NCBI GenBank assembly: GCA_033764315.1
Contig: JANRJA010000170.1
Span: 1 to 64,000 of the forward strand
Source: Oculatellaceae cyanobacterium bins.114
GTDB taxonomy: Bacteria > Cyanobacteriota > Cyanobacteriia > Elainellales > Elainellaceae
DNA length: 64,000 bases
Direction: 5' to 3'
The translations under genes and the position numbers were made by a program. Below are positions 18,359-30,322 of this stretch, piece by piece; positions within the stretch are counted from its first letter, which is position 1, and each line of letters begins with the position of its first letter. The notes beneath the pieces are model-generated. The model did no database searches. It saw only the letters and a program-made list of their open reading frames with translations, and was not told the DNA's origin.

Positions 18359-18487
18359 CTAAGGGAGAGGATGGAACAATAAGTCAGGGAAAAAGCGATT
18401 GAACTCAATTAAAATGCCAGCAGTAACAAACAGCAACGCTGTTGCTAACACTGGAGCCGTGGAAAGGTATTTCAAGAAATCTTGCAT
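18359..18487 (-). CDS. psaJ: Photosystem I subunit IX (absent from the ORF track)
   Basis: Translated by hand: [42 protein letters not shown]. Confidence 0.95.
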   Translation of the reverse strand: MQDFLKYLSTAPVLATALLFVTAGILIEFNRFFPDLLFHPLP

Positions 18488-18538
18488 GGTTATGCTCCAA
18501 AAAAGATAGAGGAGATAGAGAATCAATCAGGCTTTAAA

Positions 18539-19012
18539 CTAGCGAGGTGAAACTGGAATCTCCTCGTCTTTTGCAGTCAAATCACCAGTGGTGAATTCTT
18601 TTAGGGCAGCGAGGGGCCACAAAAAGCCAGACAGCATCAACGAAACCGCACGTGGAACATCGATAATGATTTCACTCATTTCGGGTTCCTTGTCTTTTTT
18701 GACCGAGCGGATGTAGGAACGACCAACCCAACCAATCCAACCTGCAATGAAGAGGAACAGAATGCTAGGAATGAGGAATTCGCCAGCATGGTTGAGGCTA
18801 CCATCCACGATCAGGTGGGGCAACCCTTCGGGTCCACATTGCAGAACAGAGTAATTTTCAAATCGCAGTTTTGCCTGTTCAGTACGAGCTTTCGCAGCCC
18901 GTTGCTGGAAAGCTGGAGATTCGCTGCAAGGGGTCAGCACGTCAGCCGAAGCTGGGGGAGCAAAACCAACCCACAGGAAGAGAACTAGCACTAGAGCAAA
19001 CAATCGACGCAT
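18539..19012 (-). CDS. psaF: Photosystem I subunit III
   Basis: [41 protein letters not shown]. Confidence 0.97.
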   Translation of the reverse strand: MRRLFALVLVLFLWVGFAPPASADVLTPCSESPAFQQRAAKARTEQAKLRFENYSVLQCGPEGLPHLIVDGSLNHAGEFLIPSILFLFIAGWIGWVGRSYIRSVKKDKEPEMSEIIIDVPRAVSLMLSGFLWPLAALKEFTTGDLTAKDEEIPVSPR

Positions 19013-19472
19013 GGAATTGTTTCCCTTTATTACAAAAAGCGAAGAGTTTTGTACAAAATATTAAGTTCTTTGTACAAACAGAATTTGAACTTCAGAGCAA
19101 TCATACTCCTCAAGGGAATCTCCGTAAAGTTAAGCTTTTAAAAGAAGTTGTAATTTCAGAAATTGATGCTCTCTATTGATATTTCACCCTCTTGTATTTT
19201 TGTTAAGAACAATTCACTAAAGCACCTTGCTATATAGGCAGGACGTGGTTTTTAAGGGTACGATCGCGCCCATTTGGTTCGATCAAACCTGGACTTACCC
19301 CCACATCATTGTTCTTGGTTTGTTAACTTTTTGAAACAGTTCTCAATAGTTTAGAATTTATTTTCTTGGAGTTAAGGGCGATCGCTAGAAAAGACATTTG
19401 TTTTCTTGTAATCGATCGGATTCAACTCTTTCAAACCTCTGATTAACAGTGTCCTTTGGATTGATTTTTGCT

Positions 19473-20513
19473 ATGTCAACGGTTTTAGCTCTGGAAACAA
19501 GTTGCGATGAAACAGCCGTGGCAATTGTGCGCGATCGCCAGGTATTGAGTAATGTGGTCTCTTCTCAGATTGCCATCCATCAACCCTATGGTGGTGTAGT
19601 GCCAGAGGTAGCATCACGGCAGCATGTGGAAATCTTAAATGAGGCGATCGCTCAAGCGTTTCAACAGGCGGCGTTGTCCTGGCAAGACATTGATGGGGTG
19701 GCAGCAACCTGTGCCCCAGGGTTGGTGGGGGCGTTGCTGGTGGGGCTAACAGCAGGCAAAACGCTGGCAATGGTGCATCAAAAGCCCTTGATCGGGGTTC
19801 ATCACTTAGAAGGGCATATTTATGCCTCCTATCTCAGTTCACCCGATTTACACCCTCCGTTTCTGTGTCTATTAGTGTCAGGGGGACACACCAGCCTGAT
19901 TTATGTCAAAGATTGTGGACACTACGAAACATTAGGGCAAACCCGCGATGACGCAGCGGGTGAGGCGTTTGATAAAGTGGCTCGGTTGATGAATTTGGGC
20001 TACCCCGGTGGACCTGTGATCGATCGCTTAGCGAAAGAGGGCAATCCCCAGGCGTTTCAGTTACCAGAGGGACAAGTCTCGTTGCCCGGAGGTGGCTATC
20101 ACCGCTATGACTCCAGCTTTAGTGGTCTAAAAACAGCCGTGTTGCGCTTAACCCAAAAATTACAAGGGGAAGAGGAACTGCCTGTTGCCGATTTAGCCGC
20201 CAGTTTTCAAGATGCAGTAGCACGAGCCTTGACCAAACGGGCGATCGCCTGTGCTCTCGATTATGGATTAGACACCATTGCTGTCGGAGGAGGAGTAGCG
20301 GCTAATAGTGGCTTGCGTCAACAGTTGCAAACCGCCGCCGCGCAACACAATCTGCGAGTCCTCTTTCCCCCGCTCAAGTTTTGCACCGACAACGCCGCCA
20401 TGATTGGCTGTGCTGCTGCCGATCACCTCAGTCGAGGTCATACCTCTCCTTTGACGTTGGGGGCAAGCTCCCGCATGGCAATCGCCGATGTGATGCAGTT
20501 GTATCAGAAATAA
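19473..20513 (+). CDS. tsaD: tRNA N6-threonylcarbamoyltransferase
   Basis: [41 protein letters not shown]. Confidence 0.96.
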   Translation: MSTVLALETSCDETAVAIVRDRQVLSNVVSSQIAIHQPYGGVVPEVASRQHVEILNEAIAQAFQQAALSWQDIDGVAATCAPGLVGALLVGLTAGKTLAMVHQKPLIGVHHLEGHIYASYLSSPDLHPPFLCLLVSGGHTSLIYVKDCGHYETLGQTRDDAAGEAFDKVARLMNLGYPGGPVIDRLAKEGNPQAFQLPEGQVSLPGGGYHRYDSSFSGLKTAVLRLTQKLQGEEELPVADLAASFQDAVARALTKRAIACALDYGLDTIAVGGGVAANSGLRQQLQTAAAQHNLRVLFPPLKFCTDNAAMIGCAAADHLSRGHTSPLTLGASSRMAIADVMQLYQK

Positions 20514-20538
20514 CTTAAAGGGACGCGATTAACCGAAG

Positions 20539-20556
20539 GACGCGATTAATCGCGTC
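20539..20556. repeat. REP-like palindrome GACGCGATTAATCGCGTC (also at 25584, 33322; degenerate at 23406, 23443)
   Basis: Same palindrome in several intergenic regions. Confidence 0.8.
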
Positions 20557-20573
20557 CCTTCTTCGTGTCTTAC

Positions 20574-22628
20574 TTACGTTTCCAGGTAGGTATAGCGGCT
20601 CAGCGATCGCTCGTAGTTTTGCAACAACAACTGCGACTCTTGAATCGTGATGCGCTTTTCCTGGAGGGCTTGTTCAGACTGCCGCCGGATGCTCTCTAAG
20701 AGGTCTTCGGAGTCGTATTGCACATATCCCAAGACTTCCCGCATGGTGTCACCTTTTACCACATGCTCAATCTGATAGCCCTTAGGCGTCAGTTTGATGT
20801 GGACAGTGTTGGTATCTCCAAACAGGTTGTGCAAGTTGCCCATAATTTCCTGATACGCACCTCCTAGAAATAGACCCAGATAGTAGGGTTTGTGGGAAGA
20901 GGTAGGAGCCGCAGTCGGAGTGTCTTGATGCTGGATGCTAGGAGGCATGCTTTCCAAAGCATGCAGCTCTAACACATACTTAACGTCACGCAGGTCAATA
21001 AACTGGTCAATCTTGCCGTCACTGTCACAGGTCAAATCTGCCAGAGTGGCTCGTTTGGTGGGTTCTTCATCGAGTCGATGAATTGGCATGATCGGAAACA
21101 GTTGATCGATCGCCCAACTATCAGGAGCCGATTGAAAGACCGACAGGTTGACATAGTAGATCGACGCCATGATCTTTTCTAGATCTTCGAGATCATCGGG
21201 GACGTATTCTTGCTGCCGAGCGATCGCCAAAATCTTGCCACAGCAAGCCCAATACAACTGCTCTGCCCGTGCCCGATCGGTCAAGCTGAGATAACCAAAG
21301 TTAAACAGACTTGTCGATTCTTCCTTAAACTGAGTGGCGTCGTGAAACGCTTCCTGGTAGTTGTCTGCGGTGATGGACTGATAGGTCTCGTAGAGATTGC
21401 GAATGATCAGGTGTTCTTTCTCTTCGATCGCTTCAGGTGGTTGGGTCATGACATCACTGGTGCCCAACACATCAAATACCAAAACAGACTGGTGAGACGC
21501 GATCGCCCGTCCACTTTCACTAATCAGAGTGGGCACTGTCAAGCCGCGTTCTTCACAAGCTTCCTTAATCTCAGCAACCACGTCACTGGCGTAGTTCTGC
21601 ATGTTGTAGTTCTTGGAAGCATAGAAATTAGTCTTAGAGCCGTCGTAGTCAACGCCTAAGCCACCACCCACGTCTAGATATTTCATGTCGGCTCCCAGAC
21701 GAGCTAACTCGACATAGATCTGACTGGCTTCGCGAATGGCATCTTTAATCACGGCGATCGAAGAGATTTGAGAGCCGATGTGATAATGCAACAACTGCAA
21801 TGAACTCAGCATCTCAACCCGACGCAGTTGTTCTACTGCCCGGATAATTTCAGGAACCGTCAGACCAAACTTGGCGCGATCGCCTGCTGAAGTGCCCCAA
21901 CGTCCAACGCCTTTGCTGCTCAACTTGGCACGCACCCCTAAAATTGGCTGAATCCCCAGCTTACGACTCGCCTCAATCACCAGATCAACTTCTTCAATCT
22001 GTTCCAAAACAATGATGGGCGTGTGTCCGAGTCGCTGCGCCAACATCGCTGTCTCAATGTATTCTCGGTCTTTATAACCATTGCAGATCAGCAGTGCTCC
22101 AGGAGTACTCAGCGTCGCCAGAGCAATCATCAATTCTGGTTTTGATCCGGCTTCTAAACCAAACTGGTGGGGTTTGCCAAAGCGCACTAAATCTTCGACC
22201 AGGTGTCGCTGCTGGTTACATTTCACGGGAAACACACCGCGATAAACCCCAGGATAGCTGTAACGGGTAATGGCTCTTGCAAAACAGGCATTCAATCGCT
22301 CAATGCGATCTTCCAGAATGTCTGAAAAACGAATCAGCAAGGGCAACCCCAAATTCCGTTGTTTCAACGCATTGACTAACTCAAACAAATCGAGTGAGCC
22401 GCCGCGATCGCCTTGAGGAGAAACAGTCACATGACCTGCGGCATTAATGGAGAAATACGGCTCTCCCCAGCCGTTGATGCGATATAGCTCTTCACTGTCT
22501 TCGATCGCCCACTTTTTTGCAGGGCTTGCCTCTCGAAGTTTTCGTCCGTCCACCAAAGCATCCGGTTCAATTTTTCCAACATCAACAGGCAGCATTTTTG
22601 ATTGAATTCCCATTCGAGATAACCTCAA
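20574..22628 (-). CDS. speA: Biosynthetic arginine decarboxylase (start uncertain)
   Basis: FPVKCNQ, GLEAGSKPEL, HIGSQI, DVGGGLGVDYDGS, TCDSDG. Confidence 0.95.
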   Translation of the reverse strand: MRLSRMGIQSKMLPVDVGKIEPDALVDGRKLREASPAKKWAIEDSEELYRINGWGEPYFSINAAGHVTVSPQGDRGGSLDLFELVNALKQRNLGLPLLIRFSDILEDRIERLNACFARAITRYSYPGVYRGVFPVKCNQQRHLVEDLVRFGKPHQFGLEAGSKPELMIALATLSTPGALLICNGYKDREYIETAMLAQRLGHTPIIVLEQIEEVDLVIEASRKLGIQPILGVRAKLSSKGVGRWGTSAGDRAKFGLTVPEIIRAVEQLRRVEMLSSLQLLHYHIGSQISSIAVIKDAIREASQIYVELARLGADMKYLDVGGGLGVDYDGSKTNFYASKNYNMQNYASDVVAEIKEACEERGLTVPTLISESGRAIASHQSVLVFDVLGTSDVMTQPPEAIEEKEHLIIRNLYETYQSITADNYQEAFHDATQFKEESTSLFNFGYLSLTDRARAEQLYWACCGKILAIARQQEYVPDDLEDLEKIMASIYYVNLSVFQSAPDSWAIDQLFPIMPIHRLDEEPTKRATLADLTCDSDGKIDQFIDLRDVKYVLELHALESMPPSIQHQDTPTAAPTSSHKPYYLGLFLGGAYQEIMGNLHNLFGDTNTVHIKLTPKGYQIEHVVKGDTMREVLGYVQYDSEDLLESIRRQSEQALQEKRITIQESQLLLQNYERSLSRYTYLET

Positions 22629-22809
22629 AATAATAATCGAATAGACTAGTCTATCTTATTTGCTTAAAGCTTGCCTTGGCTGTATTTAGGACAGAAGTTT
22701 GGATTAACGAGGGGTTAAACTCTGGGTAAGAATAACGGGTGCCTACTTTACAACGGTTCATATTTTTCTGAGCATAGAGAAGGTCTAAACCCGTTAGGAG
22801 CAGAAATTA

Positions 22810-23259
22810 GTGGAACGGACATTTATCGCAATCAAACCCGATGGCGTTCAGCGTGGGCTAGTGGGTGAAGTTATCCGTCGGTTTGAGTCCAAGGGCTTTA
22901 CCTTGATTGGTTTAAAGCTCATGACTGTGAGCCGAGAACTAGCAGAACAGCACTATGGGGTTCACAAAGAGCGACCCTTTTTCCCAGGGTTGGTCAACTT
23001 TATTACCTCTGGTCCTGTTGTGGCAATGGTTTGGGAAGGAGACGGAGTCATTGCGACAAGCCGCAAGATGATTGGTGCGACCAATCCCCTTAATGCCGAG
23101 CTAGGCACCATTCGGGGAGATTTTGGGGTCAGTGTTGGACGCAACCTGATCCACGGCTCAGATGCCCCTGAAACCGCTCAAAGCGAAATTAGCCTCTGGT
23201 TCAAGGATGAGGAACTGATGGACTGGAAGCCCACTATGACGCCTTGGCTGTATGAGTAG
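22810..23259 (+). CDS. ndk: Nucleoside diphosphate kinase
   Basis: [22 protein letters not shown]. Confidence 0.97.
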   Translation: MERTFIAIKPDGVQRGLVGEVIRRFESKGFTLIGLKLMTVSRELAEQHYGVHKERPFFPGLVNFITSGPVVAMVWEGDGVIATSRKMIGATNPLNAELGTIRGDFGVSVGRNLIHGSDAPETAQSEISLWFKDEELMDWKPTMTPWLYE

Positions 23260-23263
23260 AGGT

Positions 23264-23319
23264 TTAAGTTCTAAGTTCTAAGTTCTGAGTTCTGAGTTCT
23301 GAGTTCTAAATTCTGAGTT
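23264..23319. repeat. Heptamer tandem repeat (TTCTRAG)n
   Basis: Seen directly after ndk. Confidence 0.8.
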
Positions 23320-23478
23320 GTGGGGTAAACAAGGGGATGAGAGGGTGTGATGACGCTTGGTCATGGGTCACTGATCAATTGTTAATCTGCTCTTTCATCC
23401 CTCTCAGACGCGATTAATCGTTCTCCTTTCCTCCCGCAGCACAGACGCGATAATCGTGTCTCTCCCCATCACACCATC

Positions 23479-24270
23479 TCACTCTGCTGAGACTTCCTGC
23501 GCTTCTTTTCCAGGTTCAATAGGGTTTACCGAGTCGGTTGAGGTGGCATCCTTGAGAGGAGTTGCAAGGGATTCGTTTTGCACGGTTGAAGATGGCTCGC
23601 TGCGCTTTGAAAAGCCCCAGGCAAACAGAACAGCGATCGCACTGATCATCACCCACTGAGGAGGCACAAAATCTTCACTAATGACCTTTAACAGCAATCT
23701 CAACCCCACAAAAGCAACGGTAATGTAACCCGCATCTTCCAAATGCTCATACTCGGTGAGCCAGCGAATAAACAGCCCTGCCATTAACCGCAGTGTCAAA
23801 ATACCGATAGCTCCACCGACTAAAACAATCCAGGTTTCTTGAGAAACGGCGATCGCTGTCGTCACACTATCAAGCGAAAATGCCACATCCGTCAGGGCAA
23901 TCATCGGAATTGCTTGCCACAGCGAAGTAAATCGAGGGCCGTGGTGCTCGTGCCCATCTTCGGTTTTGTTTGAGGTGAAGTATTGAAATACTAACCACAG
24001 CAAGTAGGCAGCACCTAGCAATTCAAACTGCCAAAATTGAATGACCCATGTTGCGGTCAAGATCAGAGTGACCCGTAAAACAAAAGCAACAACTAAGCCC
24101 AAATTGAGTGCTTGGCGTTGCATTTTGCTATCACTCATGCCTTGGGCTAATGCCGCTAGGGCGATCGCATTATCAGCCGACAATACCGCCTCTAATGCAA
24201 TCAGCACCAATAACACCAGCAGGGTATCTAGCCCAAAATTGGGAGAAAGGTCTAGCAGTTTATCCAGCAT
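23479..24270 (-). CDS. TerC family membrane protein
   Basis: LEAVLSADNA, DVAFSLDSV. Confidence 0.9.
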   Translation of the reverse strand: MLDKLLDLSPNFGLDTLLVLLVLIALEAVLSADNAIALAALAQGMSDSKMQRQALNLGLVVAFVLRVTLILTATWVIQFWQFELLGAAYLLWLVFQYFTSNKTEDGHEHHGPRFTSLWQAIPMIALTDVAFSLDSVTTAIAVSQETWIVLVGGAIGILTLRLMAGLFIRWLTEYEHLEDAGYITVAFVGLRLLLKVISEDFVPPQWVMISAIAVLFAWGFSKRSEPSSTVQNESLATPLKDATSTDSVNPIEPGKEAQEVSAE

Positions 24271-24540
24271 TAATCAGGAGTTCTCTACAGTCATTAACAA
24301 ATCTTAATATCTAAAACCAATATAAACTCACCAAGACTAAACTTGTCATTCTAACCTTGCTTCTCTAATGTCAAGATTGAATCTACAAAGCATTGACTTG
24401 GGTTATAAGAGCAACGAGACTGATGTCTTGTGTCCTTTTCTCAGCTTAACGCTTGCCAGCCCTAAAGGGGTAATGCAATAAAATACACACTTAAGAAATA
24501 AAGTCAATAGAAAAAGTTAACACATTTTCTTCATAGCCCT

Positions 24541-25572
24541 TTGGAGTATCCATTGTCACTGAGTTCTTTTACGCTTCAAACATTGTTTGCCCAGTTTCAG
24601 ACCCGTTATCCTATGGGCAGTCTGATTTCTGAGTTTTTGACTATCCACGATGGCGTGTATGCGGTGCGAGCGATCGCTCAAATTGGCCCAACTATCCTAG
24701 CCACGGGAATGGCAGCCCACCCCGATCTAGAAGCCGCCGAGGATCGGGCAAAAGTTCGGGCGTTAGAGGCATTGGCAATGCCCAGCCCAGCAGCATCCCT
24801 GGCAGAAGCACCAACCCTGCATCAGTCATCCCAGGCTTCTACTCAATTTGAGCCTGCCTCGCAGCCTGCTCCTCAGCGATCGCCTGAAGTGACGACATCA
24901 GACTTGATCAGCAAGGATGCGATAACTCAAGATTTGATAGCCAGAGGGCTGATTACTAAAGGGTTTACAGCTAACGTATCCCTGCAAAACTCCAGTTCCA
25001 CACCCAGTGTCCCCAGTGGTGATATCCCCACAGAATCACCCCTATCTTCTTTGACTCCCCCTCTCCAATTGGCTACTTCGGCAGATGTAGCAGCAGATGT
25101 AGCAACAGTGGCGGGTTCGACAATAACAGATTCGACAATGCCGAGTTCAACAATACCAAGTTCGACAATGCCGAGTTCGACGGTTGTTGACTCAGTAGTG
25201 GCTGATTTCTATTCCCACATCAATGCAGATGCAGATGAGGTTCCTGATATTGCTGCGAGTTGGGCGATCGCTGAGACCCCGTCAGCCAGTGATAAGACTT
25301 CAGAAAACCCTGCAACTCATAGCCCTCCGACTGCGGCGGTGAATGGTAAACCTCGTCGCAAAACAGCCACATCAACTGAACAGAGCACCTCTAGCCCTGC
25401 ATCAGTTGACCTATCTGATGTGATTGCTCAAACCGATGTTGAGTTGGCACGACTAGGCTGGAACAAGGTACAGGGTCGAGAGCACCTCAAACAAACCTAT
25501 GGCAAGCGATCGCGTCAAGAACTCAATGAAACTGAACTCTACGACTTTTTGCACTACTTACAAGCGCAATAA
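24541..25572 (+). CDS. Hypothetical protein with a low-complexity middle and conserved-looking ends
   Basis: Long ORF; 15-bp repeats near 25117-25182; C-terminal DLSDVIAQTDVELARLGW. Confidence 0.7.
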   Translation: MEYPLSLSSFTLQTLFAQFQTRYPMGSLISEFLTIHDGVYAVRAIAQIGPTILATGMAAHPDLEAAEDRAKVRALEALAMPSPAASLAEAPTLHQSSQASTQFEPASQPAPQRSPEVTTSDLISKDAITQDLIARGLITKGFTANVSLQNSSSTPSVPSGDIPTESPLSSLTPPLQLATSADVAADVATVAGSTITDSTMPSSTIPSSTMPSSTVVDSVVADFYSHINADADEVPDIAASWAIAETPSASDKTSENPATHSPPTAAVNGKPRRKTATSTEQSTSSPASVDLSDVIAQTDVELARLGWNKVQGREHLKQTYGKRSRQELNETELYDFLHYLQAQ

Positions 25573-25614
25573 AAAACAGGAGAGACGCGATTAATCGCGT
25601 CTCTCCTGTTTTTT
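25571..25614. terminator. 44-bp perfect palindrome, likely a bidirectional terminator built on the REP-like core
   Basis: A6-CAGGAGAGACGCGATTAATCGCGTCTCTCCTG-T6 between convergent genes. Confidence 0.75.
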
Positions 25615-25640
25615 TCGTCTCTCCTGTTTTTCCTTCTATG

Positions 25641-26246
25641 CTATTTGACGACCGCCGGACGTGCCCCGATCGCCTGTCGATTAATGACCTGATCAATCAA
25701 CCCATAATCTGCGGCTTCTTGCGCTGACATAAAGAAGTCGCGATCGGTGTCTCGCTCAATTCTCTCTAACGGCTGTCCAGTGTTTTTGGCTAGAGCATCA
25801 TTTAGCTGCTGCTTAAGATATAAAATCTCTCGTGCTTGAATCTCAATATCAGTTGCCTGCCCTTGAGCACCTCCTAAGGGTTGGTGAATCATAATACGAG
25901 AATGGGGCAAACTCATACGCTTGCCTTTTGCTCCCGCCGCCAACAAAAAGGCACCCATGCTGGCGGCTAATCCAACACAAATCGTACAAACATCAGGGCG
26001 AATGTGATTCATCGTGTCAAAAATGCCTAGACCTGCACTGACAGATCCGCCAGGAGAGTTGAGATAGAGATAAATATCCTTCTCAGGGTCTTCCGCTTCT
26101 AAAAACAGCAGTTGAGCCACGACCAGGTTAGCGACATCCGCATCAATGGGTTGACCCAAAAATACAATTCGCTCACGCAATAGTCGGGAATAGATGTCAA
26201 AGGCGCGTTCGCCACGTCCGGATTGTTCAATAACGGTAGGAATCAT
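25641..26246 (-). CDS. clpP: ATP-dependent Clp protease proteolytic subunit
   Basis: [37 protein letters not shown]. Confidence 0.97.
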   Translation of the reverse strand: MIPTVIEQSGRGERAFDIYSRLLRERIVFLGQPIDADVANLVVAQLLFLEAEDPEKDIYLYLNSPGGSVSAGLGIFDTMNHIRPDVCTICVGLAASMGAFLLAAGAKGKRMSLPHSRIMIHQPLGGAQGQATDIEIQAREILYLKQQLNDALAKNTGQPLERIERDTDRDFFMSAQEAADYGLIDQVINRQAIGARPAVVK

Positions 26247-26285
26247 GTGTCTGCTGTCTCGACAAATCTTTATCTAATCTAAATT

Positions 26286-26636
26286 CTACTGATTGACGGA
26301 ATTCTCGTGTTTGGCGGAGTCCTCTCCATCAGTAAGTTCGGTCAAGAGTTGACTCATGATCGATTGCAGTTTCATGCGAGGAATATAGGGCCATCCCCCT
26401 TCAGCTTCCATATCTTTCAACATACTGTAAAGGGCTTGACGGTTGTCTGGCAAACAGTCTTGAAACAGCCCATCCCGAATTTCGCGATGGAGTACTTCTA
26501 ACTGACGCAACAAGGCTAACAATGCTAGTCCATCTCCCTGTCTGTGTTCAGCAGATTGCCAAACGGTAGCTGCGATCGCCTCTAAATCAGATGAATTGGG
26601 CGATCGCTTCACCTCATTTTTACCTTGATGACTCAT
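26286..26636 (-). CDS. Hypothetical protein
   Basis: LLALLRQLE...LPDNRQALY...GGWPYIPRM. Confidence 0.7.
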   Translation of the reverse strand: MSHQGKNEVKRSPNSSDLEAIAATVWQSAEHRQGDGLALLALLRQLEVLHREIRDGLFQDCLPDNRQALYSMLKDMEAEGGWPYIPRMKLQSIMSQLLTELTDGEDSAKHENSVNQ

Positions 26637-27101
26637 GCGACCTCTCGTTTTTCCACAACCACCCTACCTAAAACCTCAGTAAACCTATGTACAGCTTTAA
26701 CATCTTTTTCCATCAGTTCAAAATAAAGGTGACAAGGTCTTGTAAAATTCTGAGATGAGACCTTGAGGCAATTCATTCCAGGCTTCTCTAGTAATAAACC
26801 TCTGGTAAAACGTCAGTTAAACTCATTCATTTTGTTTCGTGCATTAACTTCACACTCTCTAGAGGTCTCATTCGCAATTCAGCCTGGTTAAGAGTCCAAC
26901 AGGTCTTTTGGGCAGCTTCACCCAGTTATACCGCTTCAAGTGTGCTCTCCAGCCACTTTGAGTTAAAAACAGGGTTATCTACCCAGCAAGTGACTCAAAT
27001 GTCACAAAACCGTTATCCGTAGATATTTCTATCTAAACCACCAACTTACATTTTTGAGATAACACTGGCAGGGATTTTTGACATTGACATTGAGGTTGAC
27101 C

Positions 27102-27923
27102 ATGAGGTATCGCGCTCTAATCATCGCATTCCTAGCAATTTGTGTGAGTTTTTTGACAGCTTGTAGTGAAAGCGTATCGGCTGCAACCGGTCCTTTGACC
27201 TATGAGCAAATTCGGGGCACGGGTCTTGCAAATACCTGTCCCCAATTAGGTGAGACTAGCCGGGGTTCAATTCCCATTGATTCCAGCAAAACTTATGTGA
27301 TCAAGGGCCTGTGTCTAGAACCTACAAGCTACTTCATCAAAGAAGAACCAACCAATAAGCGCCAAACTGCTGCGTTTGTTCCCGCTAAAGCACTCACCCG
27401 CTACACTTCTTCCATCGATCAGGTGATGGGCTCGTTAAAGGCTAATTCCAAAGGAGGTTTAACCTTCGTTGAGGAAGACGGCTTTGACTTCCAAGCAACC
27501 ACTGTGCAACTGCCCGGTGGCGAACGAGTTCCTTTCCTCTTTACAATTAAAAACTTGGTTGCTACCGCTCAAACAGCAGACAGCATCAACACTTCAACTG
27601 ACTTTGAAGGTGATTTTAAGGTTCCTTCCTATCGGACTTCTAACTTCCTAGATCCAAAGGGACGGGGCTTAACGACGGGGTACGACAACGCAGTAGCTCT
27701 GCCAGCACAAGCTGACAGTGAAGAGTTAGTGCGAGAAAATTTCAAAACGTTTGATATTGGTCAAGGCAAAATTTCTCTCCAAGTTGCCAAAGTTGATAAC
27801 ACCACTGGTGAAATCGCAGGTACCTTTGAGAGCATTCAACCATCTGATACCGATATGGGCGGTAAAGAGCCTGTAGACGTTAAGATTCGCGGCATCTTTT
27901 ATGCTCGCGTTGAGCCAGCCTAA
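27102..27923 (+). CDS. psbO: PSII manganese-stabilising protein
   Basis: GTGLANTCP, QLPGGERVPFLFT, FLDPKGRG. Confidence 0.97.
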   Translation: MRYRALIIAFLAICVSFLTACSESVSAATGPLTYEQIRGTGLANTCPQLGETSRGSIPIDSSKTYVIKGLCLEPTSYFIKEEPTNKRQTAAFVPAKALTRYTSSIDQVMGSLKANSKGGLTFVEEDGFDFQATTVQLPGGERVPFLFTIKNLVATAQTADSINTSTDFEGDFKVPSYRTSNFLDPKGRGLTTGYDNAVALPAQADSEELVRENFKTFDIGQGKISLQVAKVDNTTGEIAGTFESIQPSDTDMGGKEPVDVKIRGIFYARVEPA

Positions 27924-27983
27924 CCTGATATCTAGGTCTTTGACCCAGTAGGTCTTCAAAACCAGACAAGAATATTGACCTGT

Positions 27984-28024
27984 AGCAGCACTGTCCTTAA
28001 TTAGGATAGTGCTGCTTCTGTTTT
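27984..28024 (+). terminator. psbO terminator
   Basis: AGCAGCACTGTCCT/AGGATAGTGCTGCT stem followed by a T-rich tail. Confidence 0.65.
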
Positions 28025-28353
28025 GTAAAGGTCAGCATGTTTCAAGCCTACCCCCTCATCTTTAACCCAGCCTTAAAAAACGTCTTCTTCATATTTTTTT
28101 TCTGTGAATACACCGATAAACACTAACAAGAACGAACTTACCTATGCCAATCTTGATTTAACCAGCTCTCAGGGTTACTGCAAGGTCACTGACTTCGTCG
28201 GAACTGCAGCCTTCTACCAAAACCTGTGCTCATAAAGCAGTTGGCTTGGCGATACAAAGCTGTTTCCCCTTGGGGAGAATCGCCCACTCAACCCATAAAG
28301 CCAACCTAAAGCAACTACCAGGTCTACGTATTTGACTGCCAGCCTCCCTCACA

Positions 28354-29685
28354 GTGATCAACCCCAACAGGAGAGAAAAAATGAAGGAAAATCGGCTCCA
28401 GATGACTGTAAACCGTGAATCAACGGTCATCAGCCTAGCCTTTGCCACTCCCCACTCTGATCTACCTGACAGCAATTTAGTAGGAGCAGATTTACATAAT
28501 GTCGATTTGAGCGGTGCTGATTTAAGTGGCGTTGACTTAAGAAACGCCAATCTGCGAGGAGCCGATCTGCGGGGCGCAAATCTTGTCGGTGCCGATCTCA
28601 GAGGTGCCGCACTGACAAACGCTAACTTAAGAGGAGCCAACCTCGGTCGTGCCATGCTCAGCGGTGCCACATTGAGCGGCACTAATCTAACAGGAGCTGA
28701 CTTGAGCAACACCATTCTCAGTGGTGCTAACTTGTGGGATGCCAATCTGAGCGGTGCTACTCTCGATCGCGCCAATTTATGGGACGCCAACTTGAGTGGT
28801 GCTGACCTGAGCGGTGCCAATCTCAAAGGAGCCATTCTCAGTAGCTGTGATTTGAGAAGTGCCAACTTGAGCCGGAGCAGCCTTTGGGGAGTCAATCTTA
28901 ATGGAGCCAACTTGAGCCGCGCTAAACTTTCTAACGTTGACTTTAGTAGTACTGACCTCAGTGCGTCAAATCTCTGGAACGCTGACTTGACTAGCTCTGA
29001 CTTGAGTTCGGCTTTAGTACAAGACACCCGGTTTGGTCAAAATCAGGGGCTGACTGAACCAACCAAGGTTGATTTGAGACAGCGTGGCGCAATCTTTGTC
29101 AATACCCTAGCAGACCGTAAACCTGCAACTGGTTCTCAATTTGCTAGCAAAAATGAAGTGAGCCAAGTTGATTCAATACCAGAATCGGCACCGAGTGAGC
29201 TACCGCAACAAGTTCTCCTACCCAGCAAAGCAGCTTCGATCTTAGTGGCGACAGAAAACCTCCACAAAGCCCCTGTATCGATTGCAGTATCAGCATCAAA
29301 CAAGATAGCCCACCCGATTAGGCATTCCGAGGTGCACTACGCACCTCAGTCACAGCCACTACCAGACACAGACATTGATATATTCCTTGGCTCCTCTGCT
29401 TCGATCACCGTTGAGTTAAACAGTGCGGCAACCGAAGCACCTCAGGAAACCCAATATAACGAACCCAACTGGATACCAGAATATGATGACCTAAACTCAG
29501 AGGAGCCAACGGAAAGCAGCTCATGGGCAACCGAGGCAGAAATTGAATCTACAGATCGCTATGTCTCTCCCATTGCTCGTACAGCCGCCGAAATTCGTAG
29601 CCGTCGCGCGAGATTACAAGCAAAAAATGGTAAGCAAAATTGCAAAATCGAGCACTCTACGATGAACTTTAGTTATCGGTTTTAG
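28354..29685 (+). CDS. Pentapeptide-repeat protein with a disordered C-terminus
   Basis: Long run of A(D/N)LxG repeats. Confidence 0.85.
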   Translation: MINPNRREKMKENRLQMTVNRESTVISLAFATPHSDLPDSNLVGADLHNVDLSGADLSGVDLRNANLRGADLRGANLVGADLRGAALTNANLRGANLGRAMLSGATLSGTNLTGADLSNTILSGANLWDANLSGATLDRANLWDANLSGADLSGANLKGAILSSCDLRSANLSRSSLWGVNLNGANLSRAKLSNVDFSSTDLSASNLWNADLTSSDLSSALVQDTRFGQNQGLTEPTKVDLRQRGAIFVNTLADRKPATGSQFASKNEVSQVDSIPESAPSELPQQVLLPSKAASILVATENLHKAPVSIAVSASNKIAHPIRHSEVHYAPQSQPLPDTDIDIFLGSSASITVELNSAATEAPQETQYNEPNWIPEYDDLNSEEPTESSSWATEAEIESTDRYVSPIARTAAEIRSRRARLQAKNGKQNCKIEHSTMNFSYRF

Positions 29686-30322
29686 CAAGTCAGGTCGATT
29701 AACTTGTATATTACCGAGTCAAATTCATCATGAAGCGACTCCAAGATTCGGATTGATGGTGAATATCAAATAGTGAATATCACATATTACATGAGGTAGT
29801 TCACTTGTATGGGGTCATTAACTCATACCAATTATTGTGATGAACATGATGTGACGTGCATCAATGGCATGGAGGTCAGAATATGTAATTGTTTTAATGT
29901 TGAGTTTTGAAAACTGATAGTCAGTGTATGTGCTTAGATGCACTATCACCCACTGAAACATCTCAATGACTTAATAAGTTTTTGCAATACCCTATCGCTA
30001 AGTATGTTGATTTGATGAAGCAAAATCGATGTGAGTTAGAGAGATGTCCAGTTTTCGATATAGTTTCAGTAAAAATGCCGTTGTTACTAACCTCTCTGAC
30101 CGAATAAGTTGAACTTGCGAATTTATAAAGTTGGTTTAGTAGCATTTTCCCTGCTTAAACCTTCCTCGTCCAAGACTACTTGTGTTAGTTCAAATTTCAT
30201 TTTTAATGAACACTAGATTCGTACTATCAACTGATTAATCCGGTTATTTATGCCGGGGATTTGATTAAGAGCCAATTCATTGTTCCGTTCAAGTCACGTA
30301 CTTTTTTTACCTGAATCTCGTC

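Noticed and set aside
26640..27100. Chromosomal origin suggested by TTTTCCACA near 26649
   Set aside because: Single box, with no cluster and no dnaA/dnaN context
28230..29027. 265-aa minus-strand ORF
   Set aside because: Antisense shadow of the pentapeptide repeats
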